The notes beneath the pieces are model-generated. The model was given only the letters and a program-made list of their open reading frames with translations. It ran no database searches and was not told where the DNA came from. Positions 19,313-28,017 of a stretch of 36,716 bases of DNA are shown here, one piece after another. The translations under genes were made by a program, and so were the position numbers. Origin of the DNA: a virus. Lineage: Duplodnaviria; Caudoviricetes. The stretch lies in the IMG/VR virus record IMGVR_UViG_3300032257_000545, positions 1-36,716 of that record, one strand, 5' to 3'. The stretch's first letter is position 1, and every line of letters starts with the position of its first letter.

Positions 19313-20532
19313 GATAATTCGTTAAATGTTTTTCCATCAGCAGATACTGCCTCTTTGCCTGTAAATTCCTGCCAGCGTTTGACGATGACATCGCAATATT
19401 TCGGGTCGAGTTCAATCAGTCGTGCCGAGCGGTTTAATTTTTCGCAAGCGATAAGTGTTGAGCCAGAACCACCGAAGATATCCAGTACTAAATCACGGCT
19501 TTTGCTTGAGTTCTCAATCGCTCTACAAACCAGCTCCACTGGCTTCATGGTTGGGTGCAAATCGTTCACATTTGGTTTGTTATAATTCCAGATATCGCTC
19601 TGATTTCTATCGCCACACCAGTAATGTTTTCCACCTTCTGCCCAGCCATAAAGTATCGGCTCATATTGGCGTTGATAGTCTGACCGCCCAAGAGTGAAGG
19701 TGTTTTTTGACCAGATAATAAAGGTTGACCAATGTCCACCTGCATCTGCAAAAGATTTCTGTAACGTGTGCAATTCTGAAGATGACATGCAGATATAAAT
19801 TGCACCCTTGCAAACTTTCACCATATTTGTGCATGCGTCAGTCAGGAACTTCTCAAAATCATCCCCAAGGTTATCATTGAGGATTTTCCTGCCAGCCTTG
19901 CTGCCTGCTTTTTCTCTTATTTTATCCTTAGCCGAATTGCCATAATTCACATTATACGGCGGGTCGGTAAAAACCATATCTACCAGAGAGCCATCAAGTA
20001 ATAGCTCAAAGGATTTAGCATCTGTGCTGTCTGCACATAGCAGGCGGTGTTCTCCCAGAATCCAGATATCACCAGCTTTTGTAACCGCAACTTCTGGAAC
20101 TTCGGGGATAGTATCATCATCGGTTAATCCTTCTGTTTCATCTAAAAGCAGCTTGTCCAGCTCATCAAGATCAAAGCCTGTCAGCTCCAAATCGAACCCG
20201 CTATTTTCTAAATCACCAAGCTCTAACGCTAGTAATTCATCATCCCACTCTGCTTCTTCATGGGTACGGTTATCAGCGATACGATAGGCTTTGACCTGCG
20301 CTTCTGTGAGTCCTTCTGCAATGTGAATTGGCACTTTTTCAATGCCAAGATTCTGTGCAGCCAGCAGGCGTGTATGCCCTACAATTATCACGTAATCTTT
20401 ATCCACCACTATCGGCTGGCGGAATCCAAACTCCTTGATAGAGGCTGCTACTTTAGATGTTGCTGCTTCATTGTGGCGTGGATTTCGGGCATAGGGAATC
20501 ACCCGATCAGTGCTGATCAGTTCAACTTTCAT
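19309..20532 (-). CDS. ParB/Srx-fused N6/N4 DNA methyltransferase (beta class)
   Basis: PYARNPR...GFRQPI...GHTR...ADNR ParB-like domain; DPPY, HPTMKP, DIFGGSGST motifs. Confidence 0.92.
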   Translation of the reverse strand: MKVELISTDRVIPYARNPRHNEAATSKVAASIKEFGFRQPIVVDKDYVIIVGHTRLLAAQNLGIEKVPIHIAEGLTEAQVKAYRIADNRTHEEAEWDDELLALELGDLENSGFDLELTGFDLDELDKLLLDETEGLTDDDTIPEVPEVAVTKAGDIWILGEHRLLCADSTDAKSFELLLDGSLVDMVFTDPPYNVNYGNSAKDKIREKAGSKAGRKILNDNLGDDFEKFLTDACTNMVKVCKGAIYICMSSSELHTLQKSFADAGGHWSTFIIWSKNTFTLGRSDYQRQYEPILYGWAEGGKHYWCGDRNQSDIWNYNKPNVNDLHPTMKPVELVCRAIENSSKSRDLVLDIFGGSGSTLIACEKLNRSARLIELDPKYCDVIVKRWQEFTGKEAVSADGKTFNELS

Positions 20533-20542
20533 ATTCGTACCT

Positions 20543-20685
20543 ATTTCGTTTTTTAAGTTTGTGCGTTTCGTTTTCTGTTTTTAGAATCTCTTTATCCTGC
20601 AAGGGTTTGCGAGATTTCAAACGAAACGAAATGCGTTTTTATATTCTGTGACTGCGGAAATCCTGCGGCAGCGGCGTACCCGTAG
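20543..20685 (-). promoter_or_regulatory. Putative cos packaging site (cosN-like dyad plus cosB-like R repeats)
   Basis: Minus strand CTACGG-N11-CCGCAG dyad (20663-20685) followed by TTTCGTTT repeats (20619-32 opposite in orientation to 20565-74 and 20543-52), upstream of the methylase-terminase genes. Confidence 0.6.
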
Positions 20686-20716
20686 AGGCGACCCCACAGG
20701 AGTAACTGTTGATTTC

Positions 20717-21277
20717 TTAAGGCTTTCTCATGCGGTTGAGGTAGAAGCGCAGGTTTGCTGCGAACTCTTTAGCAAAGCGTGTGCGAACAGTGGTCTGCAT
20801 CACCGCATCATTCTCTTTCTGTTTAAACAACTGCTTCACACCTGGTCCCCAGAGTTGCTTGATGGGCAGGCGCTTGCTTGTGAGTCTGACAAACACACCC
20901 TTCTTGCTCTTACTTCCAGCCTTAAATGGTGCGATAAAACTGTTCTTATAGGTCTTGGTCTTGCCCCAAGCCTTCGCACGCACACCGCTAGCCGTCTGCC
21001 GAGCCTTAAATGCAATCAAACGCAGTGGCTTCCCACTGGCAACGATCACCGCCCAGAGCTGTTTGCGGTTGGCTTTTGCGGTCTTCATACGGCGTTTAAC
21101 ATCGCCCTGTCGTGCGTCCATTTGTGGTGCAATATGCTTGGCACTTGCTGTTCTGCTGCTCTCTGCTACACGATTGAGGGTACGCACTGTTGCTTGTGGT
21201 GTGACCTTATGTTCAAGCGTGCTTAATCCTCGCCTCAAACGCTTGAGGTCGCTGCTTACTGTGACGTTGAATGACAT
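20717..21277 (-). CDS. Lambda gpZ-like minor tail/completion protein
   Basis: Very basic; RTLNRVA, GVFVR...RLPIKQLWGPGV pattern. Confidence 0.75.
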   Translation of the reverse strand: MSFNVTVSSDLKRLRRGLSTLEHKVTPQATVRTLNRVAESSRTASAKHIAPQMDARQGDVKRRMKTAKANRKQLWAVIVASGKPLRLIAFKARQTASGVRAKAWGKTKTYKNSFIAPFKAGSKSKKGVFVRLTSKRLPIKQLWGPGVKQLFKQKENDAVMQTTVRTRFAKEFAANLRFYLNRMRKP

Positions 21278-21297
21278 GATAACTCGTGATTTTAGGC

Positions 21298-21326
21298 AAT
21301 AAAAAAGCCGTGGTTGCCCACAGCTT
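21298..21326 (-). terminator. Intrinsic terminator just downstream of the late promoter (tR'-like)
   Basis: RNA GCUGUGG-GCAA-CCACGGC-UUUUUUAUU. Confidence 0.8.
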
Positions 21327-21349
21327 CTGTTTCGTTCGCACCTCTGCCG

Positions 21350-21413
21350 ATTATGTTTACCATTATGCTAAAAAATGTTGCAAGTGTCGAGAACTAAAGT
21401 GTTGCAACACTTT
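21350..21413 (-). promoter_or_regulatory. Late promoter (PR'-like) with second -10-like element and palindromic operator
   Basis: TCGACA (21390-85), 17 bp spacer, CATAAT (21367-62); second CATAAT (21355-50); perfect palindrome AAAGTGTTGCAACACTTT 21396-21413. Confidence 0.7.
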
Positions 21414-21422
21414 TAACAAGGC

Positions 21423-21803
21423 TCAGCCTGCATTTAACCGGGTTGCTATTTTAGTGCAGGCAATCACCCATTTACGCCAGGCTGTTGATCGATCGCAGCC
21501 AAGCTCCCAGCAAATCGTTTTCCAACGCACTTTTGCAGCACGTTTCCAGATAAGTTTGCGTTCATCAACCTCAATCCAGCACATCCAGTCAAATGTTTGC
21601 TCGAGCCGTGATATAGCATCCGGTAAGGCACGTAAGCGTATCGGCATTTTTTCCATAAACATCTTTTCTCGTTCGCTATAAACCATATCAGGCCAAGCGT
21701 TGAAATATCCCTGCTGTTTGACAGGCGGTAGTTTTTTGAGAGTTGATATCGCTTCCTCAAAGTGATCTGCCACTTTGCTTGCTGTCCATTTTTCTGCTTT
21801 CAT
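21423..21803 (-). CDS. DUF6362-like HTH protein, candidate late-gene regulator
   Basis: WTASKVADHFEEA...GYFNAWP; C-terminal HTH RWKTICWELGCDRSTAWRKW; position equivalent to lambda Q. Confidence 0.75.
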   Translation of the reverse strand: MKAEKWTASKVADHFEEAISTLKKLPPVKQQGYFNAWPDMVYSEREKMFMEKMPIRLRALPDAISRLEQTFDWMCWIEVDERKLIWKRAAKVRWKTICWELGCDRSTAWRKWVIACTKIATRLNAG

Positions 21804-22291
21804 ACACGCCCCGCTATTTTATGTTGTTTGCAGGCAAGATGCAGCAGAGCAAGTGCGTCAGCTTCGTTGTCGTCCTCGGGATTATGACCCAGAGCTTTTA
21901 CGGCAGCGATGACTTGTGCTTTGCTGGCATTACCTTTTCCTGTAATAAATTTCTTGATTGTGCCGACAGGAATACCCTCGTAAGGGATGCTATTTTCCTC
22001 ACACCATGAGGTTAGAGATGCCAGAAACCCACCGTAAGCATGAGCAGCATCAACGCCCAGATGTCGGCGCACTTCCTCAAAATAAAGCTCGTCAATTTTA
22101 CCTGTGATGTTCAGGGTTTCATTCAGCCAGCGTTCAAATCGCAGATATCGCATGCCACCACCTTCAAAACGGCGTGGGCGGAAATGAGCTGTTCCACTCA
22201 AGTGCCTGCCATGCTGATTGGATAAAGCCCAGCCTGTTGATGTGCCAAGATCAAGACAAAGGATTATGGGATTTGATGAGTTGCTATTCAT
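21800..22291 (-). CDS. RuvC-like Holliday junction resolvase; start revised to 22291
   Basis: LCLDLGTSTGWA, YFEEV, GKGNASK, DDNEADALA acidic catalytic motifs; AGGAGG RBS. Confidence 0.88.
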   Translation of the reverse strand: MNSNSSNPIILCLDLGTSTGWALSNQHGRHLSGTAHFRPRRFEGGGMRYLRFERWLNETLNITGKIDELYFEEVRRHLGVDAAHAYGGFLASLTSWCEENSIPYEGIPVGTIKKFITGKGNASKAQVIAAVKALGHNPEDDNEADALALLHLACKQHKIAGRV

Positions 22292-22353
22292 TGTGAGGCC
22301 TCCTTTAATGGTGATAGAAAATTTATCGCCCCACACATCTTTTCTAACGATAT

Positions 22354-22587
22354 GGAGAACTCCCCAAGGGGTTCTCCTATATCTTTAGATATAGGGGTTT
22401 TTATACAAACTGGATTAACTCCTAAAACCCTTGTAAATATTGGGGTTTTGGGCAGTTTTGGTAGTTTGGATTTCAGTTTGGTGACCGAATCTGGATTTTC
22501 GCCTAAAACGCTTGATAGCACTGGGTTTGAGAGTAAATTCCAGTTTTGGCGCAGTTTCAGATTCGGGCAAATCTGCTCCAGTTTCGG
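22354..22587. repeat. Putative replication origin: hairpins plus AGTTT(T/C)GG iterons
   Basis: GGAGAAC..GTTCTCC and CCTATATCT-T-AGATATAGG-type inverted repeats; six direct AGTTTYGG-like copies 22452-22587 and one inverted copy (CAAACTGG 22406-13); immediately after the primase gene. Confidence 0.6.
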
Positions 22588-22619
22588 AAGTAATTTTTTG
22601 ATGATATCAGCGAGATAAA

Positions 22620-24818
22620 TCATGCTACCTCCTCATCAAAATAGACCCACACACGACCATTTTCGACAGGCAGAACAGCAGCCGTCTGACGGCATTTATA
22701 ATGAGTGGGATAAATTGCTTGCAGCTTGGCCGTCACTTCACCAGTTTGTGGATCAACAACATCCTCACCAGTGGCGATGGACATATCTTCAACGCAGAGA
22801 AAACCGTATTTTGTGCGTGATGGCTTAGGCATTCCATAATCTGCTGCATCCCGAAAAAACTTGATGTAGCCCTTGGTAGAAAGCACATCAAGACGACCAC
22901 GGATGGTATCTTTACCGCCAAGCCCAGCCTTATTCTCAAACGCCTGGCAGAATTGATTCATGGTATAGGCACGCCCAGAGCGAGCTTCCTCATACACCAG
23001 CTGCAATATCACATCACGTTTGCGTCTACGCTCCGCATCTAGCTTCTGACCATAATCCTGATTGACCAATCGTTCAGAATGATGCTCCAGCTCTCGCCAC
23101 TGACCATCAATTTTATCAACCAGTTTGGACTTCAGTTTCGGGCCATTGCGCAGTTCAAACATAATCTGGCGTGAGCTGATATTCTCATCAGGCTGGAACA
23201 TAATAATGCCACTGCTGTAATAGCCACGCAGGCTGCTTGCACCAGAGAGAGCCTGAAAGGGGTCTTCCTCAAGTTTTTTCTTATCCAGCTTTTTTGTATG
23301 GTGAGCAAGAATAAGACCTGCACCAGGATTCATTTTATCACGCAGAACATCCAGCCGTTGTTGCAAGAAAAATAACATGGCGGCATTGTCATTTTCACCT
23401 GCGTCACTTGTGCCGCCGTCAAAAACGTTGCGCAGCGGGTCAACTACGATAATATCAACTGGTGCGTCAGGAAAATGGTGAGCTATTGCCTTGCTCGTTG
23501 CCTCAACGCCATCCTCATTTAGGAGCATTTTAAATTGAGGAGTAATGACAAGATTCTTACGAATCAATGGCATAAAGTTCTGATCAAATGCCATGTTTTG
23601 CAAGCGTTCTCGCAAATAATGGTAGCCAATCTCTGCCTGTAGATAGAAAATCCGCAGAGGACGTGCAGGCTTCATGCCCAGAAAATCAATGCCCGCTGCC
23701 ATGTGCGCCAGAAGCGATAGCAGAAAATCACTTTTACCAACCTTCGGAGCGCCACCAAAAACAAGCAGTCCAGCAGGAGTTAGCACTCGCGGAGAGATTA
23801 AATCCTCCGGCATCGGAGATTCATCATCAAGCAGATGACCAACATTATAGGCAGGCACAAGCTTTTCAGTTTGGTAAGCAGTTTTGGTCGCAGATTCTAT
23901 AAAATCACTGATATTCAGACCATCGGCATCCGCATCCGCAGCGTCCCATTTTTCCGGATAACTATCGGGAATTTGCAAAAGAGTTAGTGATGCAAGTTGC
24001 TTGCCTGATAGATATGCAGCAACGGATTCTCCATAATCACGACCTGCTTTATCCTGGTCAGGCCATATCAGCAGATTTTTGCCAGCAAGTGGTGACCAGT
24101 CAGTTTTTTCTACTGGGGCTTTTGCACCATTCATAGCTGTAGTAGCACAGAACCCTTGGTCTATCAGTGTCTCAGCTGCTTTTTCACCCTCAACAAGAAT
24201 GATATTCTGACAGGATTTAATGCCTTGTTGATTATATAAAGGGCGCGGATCAGGAGCCTTATGTTTGCGAGCCTTCACATCCCATGGTCGGAACTCTTTG
24301 CCAGAAGGAGGGTCGTAACGATAAACACAGGCAATCAGATTGCCATCGCTATCCGTATAATCCCATTTAGCAGTTGGAGAACCCAGCTCATCCTGTGCTA
24401 TGTTTTTCAGTTTCGGTGCAGTTTCGGCAGATAGGGAATATGGTCTTTGAGTGGTTTTAGACGTACCAAGCCATTCCTGAATAGAAGTGATAACTTCAGG
24501 AAATTGCGTTTTTGTATCTAAATTCTGGCAGCTTGCCCAAAGGTCAAAAATATCGCCACCATCAGCAGTGGCAAAGTCATGCCACATGCCTGCTTTGCTG
24601 CTGCTTAACTCAACCTTCAGGCTATCGCCACTATTGCCCTGCACATCACCAACCTCAAAAACATTGCGGTTCTTGTGGCCGTTGGGCAACAGGTAATGCA
24701 ACACTTCATCAAGACGATTAAGCAAAGCTGTTCTGATATCTTCTGTAGGAACATTCTCTGGTTTAAAATCTAAGTTTTGAGTGGGAGCATTATTGAAATC
24801 CATCCATTTTTCTGTCAT
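22620..24818 (-). CDS. Toprim primase / AAA_25 (RepA-like) helicase fusion; likely start MTEKW at 24818
   Basis: GMWHDFAT, ILVEGEKAA, WPDQDKAG, GAPKVGKS, VVDPL, LAHHTKK. Confidence 0.9.
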   Translation of the reverse strand: MTEKWMDFNNAPTQNLDFKPENVPTEDIRTALLNRLDEVLHYLLPNGHKNRNVFEVGDVQGNSGDSLKVELSSSKAGMWHDFATADGGDIFDLWASCQNLDTKTQFPEVITSIQEWLGTSKTTQRPYSLSAETAPKLKNIAQDELGSPTAKWDYTDSDGNLIACVYRYDPPSGKEFRPWDVKARKHKAPDPRPLYNQQGIKSCQNIILVEGEKAAETLIDQGFCATTAMNGAKAPVEKTDWSPLAGKNLLIWPDQDKAGRDYGESVAAYLSGKQLASLTLLQIPDSYPEKWDAADADADGLNISDFIESATKTAYQTEKLVPAYNVGHLLDDESPMPEDLISPRVLTPAGLLVFGGAPKVGKSDFLLSLLAHMAAGIDFLGMKPARPLRIFYLQAEIGYHYLRERLQNMAFDQNFMPLIRKNLVITPQFKMLLNEDGVEATSKAIAHHFPDAPVDIIVVDPLRNVFDGGTSDAGENDNAAMLFFLQQRLDVLRDKMNPGAGLILAHHTKKLDKKKLEEDPFQALSGASSLRGYYSSGIIMFQPDENISSRQIMFELRNGPKLKSKLVDKIDGQWRELEHHSERLVNQDYGQKLDAERRRKRDVILQLVYEEARSGRAYTMNQFCQAFENKAGLGGKDTIRGRLDVLSTKGYIKFFRDAADYGMPKPSRTKYGFLCVEDMSIATGEDVVDPQTGEVTAKLQAIYPTHYKCRQTAAVLPVENGRVWVYFDEEVA

Positions 24819-25567
24819 GCCACCTCCGGGAAACAATGGTGGCGGTAATCACAAAAGCGGCATTCGTAATAATCTTCTTTTGTACTGATTGGTGGCAGTA
24901 GATCACCAGACTCTACAGCACGAATAATATTTACGGCTTTGTCGCTGGCCTTTTGAGCGGTGTCGGCATTAAATGGTACAAGTTCATGATATAACTCTGC
25001 GGTGTCTTTATTAATGGCAGTAAAAAGTGCTGGGTTTTTAGATATGTCAGGAACAGAGCCTTCCATATATGCCTGATAAATAGCCATTTGAGCTGCATAT
25101 ACCGGCTTGGATTTTGCCACGCCATGTTTTACCGTATCTTTCCATGACTTGTTATTGAGAGATTTGCACTCCCATAACATAGGAAATGACAGAGCAAGCG
25201 AGGCAGGGGCAGCATTGATAATCCCATCAACATGCCCACGGATTTTACCGCCAGCGACCGAAAATCCAAATTGCTCACCATTGTTCTTTTCTGTGAATAA
25301 CTCAAACCCAGCCAGTCTAAGCCATCTTATCGCCAAATCTTCAAACACATGACCTGCTGCGAAGATACGCAATGTTCTGCCTGAGAACTCCTCATTTTTT
25401 GAAGCATGCATAAACTCATACTGCAAGGCACGACTGCAACTTACGCCAAGCCGTGATGCGCCGAGATAATCTCGTTTTATCTGCTGCGAGTTTTCTTCCT
25501 CCAAGGCTTCATCGATAAGCTCGGTAAGATTTTCTGCAAATGTTGGTTGGTGATTAAAATCTAACAT
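24815..25567 (-). CDS. Cas4-like PD-(D/E)XK exonuclease with Fe-S cysteines
   Basis: YLGASRLGVSC, GHVDG, WECKS, QMAIY, CRFCDYRHHC. Confidence 0.85.
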   Translation of the reverse strand: MLDFNHQPTFAENLTELIDEALEEENSQQIKRDYLGASRLGVSCSRALQYEFMHASKNEEFSGRTLRIFAAGHVFEDLAIRWLRLAGFELFTEKNNGEQFGFSVAGGKIRGHVDGIINAAPASLALSFPMLWECKSLNNKSWKDTVKHGVAKSKPVYAAQMAIYQAYMEGSVPDISKNPALFTAINKDTAELYHELVPFNADTAQKASDKAVNIIRAVESGDLLPPISTKEDYYECRFCDYRHHCFPEVA

Positions 25568-25568
25568 A

Positions 25569-25763
25569 TTAAAATGGAATCTCCTCTGAGCCTTTGCTCA
25601 TTTCATCTTGATAAGCGGTGACTATTACCTCCACCATTGTCAGGGCTTCTTCTTTGCTTAATGAGCCAAAGCTGCGATGCAGACCTATTTCTGCTGCATA
25701 TTCACCAAAGAAACGCAGTGATTTTTCCATGCAGTCTTTTTCAAAATCAGTAGGGTCAATCAT
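25569..25763 (-). CDS. Small conserved phage protein (DUF6511-like)
   Basis: MIDPTDFE...VEVIVTAYQD...IPF; ATGA coupling with helicase. Confidence 0.65.
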   Translation of the reverse strand: MIDPTDFEKDCMEKSLRFFGEYAAEIGLHRSFGSLSKEEALTMVEVIVTAYQDEMSKGSEEIPF

Positions 25764-27424
25764 GCTGCGATACCTCCATGTTCAATTGCCTGATGGATGG
25801 CTTGGTGGTTAAAACGCATGGTCATCAACGCAGATGCCTTATAGCGAGTGAGGTTATAATCATTGCGATATTCGGCTGGCAGATAACGCAGCTGGTTTTC
25901 GGTAGCAGGTTGATGCAGCCAGCCACGAGTTTTATGGGCTGCATTTTCGGTTTCAAACAAGTTGAGCCAGTCATCACTAGCGGCAAAACAAACAACACGA
26001 TCACCACTTGCCAGAAGCTTGGTTGCTCCATTTTTACGCCCACCAACAGCGTGCCATTCGCCATTCTTATGGAATACACCGCCCCATGCTTCAAACCCTG
26101 TTGCAATGAAATAACGGTCGTCGCCACGTAAATCACACCACAAGAAACTGGAGCGTTTGAGCAAGTCAATTTCCGTCATTACAAAATCAGCAGTATCTTC
26201 TTCTTCACTAACACTTTGGCTTTCCCAAACGTAACCGCATAATGGACATTCCTTGCTGGCAAGTGGAACTTCTGCATTACATTCGGGACATTCTTTATAT
26301 GGAGCTTCACCTTCTGCACATTGATCATCCAGCATCACTTCCTGCTCAAGCGAGCCATGCATTAAAGTTGCAGTACCAAAATCCAGTACCACGCAGTCTT
26401 TCTTAATAATGCCAGGGTGTTCGTTTGGATTCACTATACGTAATCCACGCCCCACCATCTGAATCATGGTTGATTTATAGGAGCTTGGACGTAGTAATAT
26501 CACGCATGATGTTGGAGGATGATCCCAGCCTTCTGTCAGCACAGCGACATTAACAACCACCTGAATTTCACCTTTGGCATAAGCATCAAGTGTAGCTTTA
26601 CGCTCGCCCTCCTTCATATCGCCCCATATAAGGGCTGCATTTATGCCTGCATCGGCAAAACTTGCTGTTACATCTCGCGCATGATCAACGGTGGAGCAGA
26701 AAATAACCGTCTGGCGATCAGCTGCTTTTTCTTTCCAATGCTTAACTATTGCATCATTGATAGGGCGTTTATTCATGATATCCGCCACAGCACCCATATC
26801 ATAATCACTGACGGTTTTACGAACCTGTTGCAGTTCCTCCTGCACACCAACATTCATCACAAATGTACGGGGAGACACAAGATGCCCCGATGCAATTAGC
26901 TCTTTAACCGTTATCTGATCTGATACATTTGAAAAAACCGGACGCAGACCTTTTTTGTCACCTCGATTAGGCGTGGCGGTCATGCCCAGTAATTTCAGAT
27001 TAGGGTTGGCTTTTTTAGCATGCTCAATAACACGCATATAACTATCGGCACGAGCGTGATGAGCTTCGTCAATTACCAGCACATCAAGCGCAGGAAAATT
27101 AGCAAGATTGCTTTCACGAGCCAGAGTTTGCACCATGCTGAAAGTAACATCACCGCCCCAGTTTTTCTCGCTCGCATTAAAAATGCTGGTGGTCAAAGCT
27201 GGATTGACACGCAGAAACTTCTCCTGATTCTGAAATGTCAGCTCATCACGATGTGCCAGAACGCATGCCTTGCTGATATTATTATCAAACATGCGCCCCA
27301 GCATTGCCGATAGCATGATCGTCTTGCCCGCACCTGTTGGAGCAACTGCCAGAGTATTTCCATGCGTATCAAGTGCAGTAACGGTTTTAGAAACCAGCTC
27401 TTTTTGTCTTGGTCTAAGTAACAT
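25760..27424 (-). CDS. SF2 DEAD/DEAH helicase with zinc ribbon
   Basis: APTGAGKT, DEAHH, TAT, QMVGRGLR, CPEC/CPLC. Confidence 0.93.
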   Translation of the reverse strand: MLLRPRQKELVSKTVTALDTHGNTLAVAPTGAGKTIMLSAMLGRMFDNNISKACVLAHRDELTFQNQEKFLRVNPALTTSIFNASEKNWGGDVTFSMVQTLARESNLANFPALDVLVIDEAHHARADSYMRVIEHAKKANPNLKLLGMTATPNRGDKKGLRPVFSNVSDQITVKELIASGHLVSPRTFVMNVGVQEELQQVRKTVSDYDMGAVADIMNKRPINDAIVKHWKEKAADRQTVIFCSTVDHARDVTASFADAGINAALIWGDMKEGERKATLDAYAKGEIQVVVNVAVLTEGWDHPPTSCVILLRPSSYKSTMIQMVGRGLRIVNPNEHPGIIKKDCVVLDFGTATLMHGSLEQEVMLDDQCAEGEAPYKECPECNAEVPLASKECPLCGYVWESQSVSEEEDTADFVMTEIDLLKRSSFLWCDLRGDDRYFIATGFEAWGGVFHKNGEWHAVGGRKNGATKLLASGDRVVCFAASDDWLNLFETENAAHKTRGWLHQPATENQLRYLPAEYRNDYNLTRYKASALMTMRFNHQAIHQAIEHGGIAA

Positions 27425-27433
27425 AATGCCTCC

Positions 27434-28015
27434 TTATTTTGCCCATGACGGCAGGTTGGAAGCATTGCTGCTTGATGCTGGAGCTGTAGCTTGCATATTT
27501 GGTGCAGCAGCTATTTGCCCCATCAAAGATGCGTATTCCTTATTGTCAGGCGTAACGGCATATTTGATGGTGTTTTTATCATTGCCATGCTGGTCCTTCT
27601 CAACATCAACACGAGCGATAAATTCCACTCCTTCCAGATCACCCAAGCCATTAATGCAGCGTGCATTTTGTGCGTTGGTAGAGTTATCTTTGTTAGAAAT
27701 GCCACGAGCAGAATTGAGAATACCCTTGATAAAAGCACGTCCCATATTCGCCCAATCAGGGCCTTTAGGACTATGCAGCCCAATCAAACTCCAGATTTTA
27801 CGGCGCGCATATTTGCCATCAAGCACCACAAATTCACAGGCAAGATATATCGAGGTTGAACTATTGCTTTGAGTCGCCCAGCCTCCAGTCCAGCCTTGTG
27901 ATGCATCATCAAAACCACCAGGCTTTATGCTCATGCGCACTTTTGCGAGAGTGCCTTTGGGGATTATGTCAAATTCGTTCTGGTCGTCAGCTTCGTTAAA
28001 ATTATTCCAGCTCAT
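27434..28015 (-). CDS. DUF669-like putative single-stranded DNA-binding protein
   Basis: FDIIPKG, YLACEFVVLDGKYARRKIW, low-complexity tail ending PSWAK. Confidence 0.7.
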   Translation of the reverse strand: MSWNNFNEADDQNEFDIIPKGTLAKVRMSIKPGGFDDASQGWTGGWATQSNSSTSIYLACEFVVLDGKYARRKIWSLIGLHSPKGPDWANMGRAFIKGILNSARGISNKDNSTNAQNARCINGLGDLEGVEFIARVDVEKDQHGNDKNTIKYAVTPDNKEYASLMGQIAAAPNMQATAPASSSNASNLPSWAK

Positions 28016-28017
28016 GG

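Noticed and set aside
19888-19912. KAGS/KAGR tandem in the methylase
   Set aside because: Short degenerate duplication in a variable loop; no palindrome
22288-22623. 111 aa (minus) and 88 aa (plus) ORFs over the putative origin
   Set aside because: Repetitive LPK-type peptides derive from the iterons; no recognisable domain, although the ATGA overlap means the minus ORF cannot be fully excluded
24815-25567. Cas4-like nuclease as part of a CRISPR system
   Set aside because: No repeat-spacer array or other cas genes seen; it sits in a standard phage recombination module
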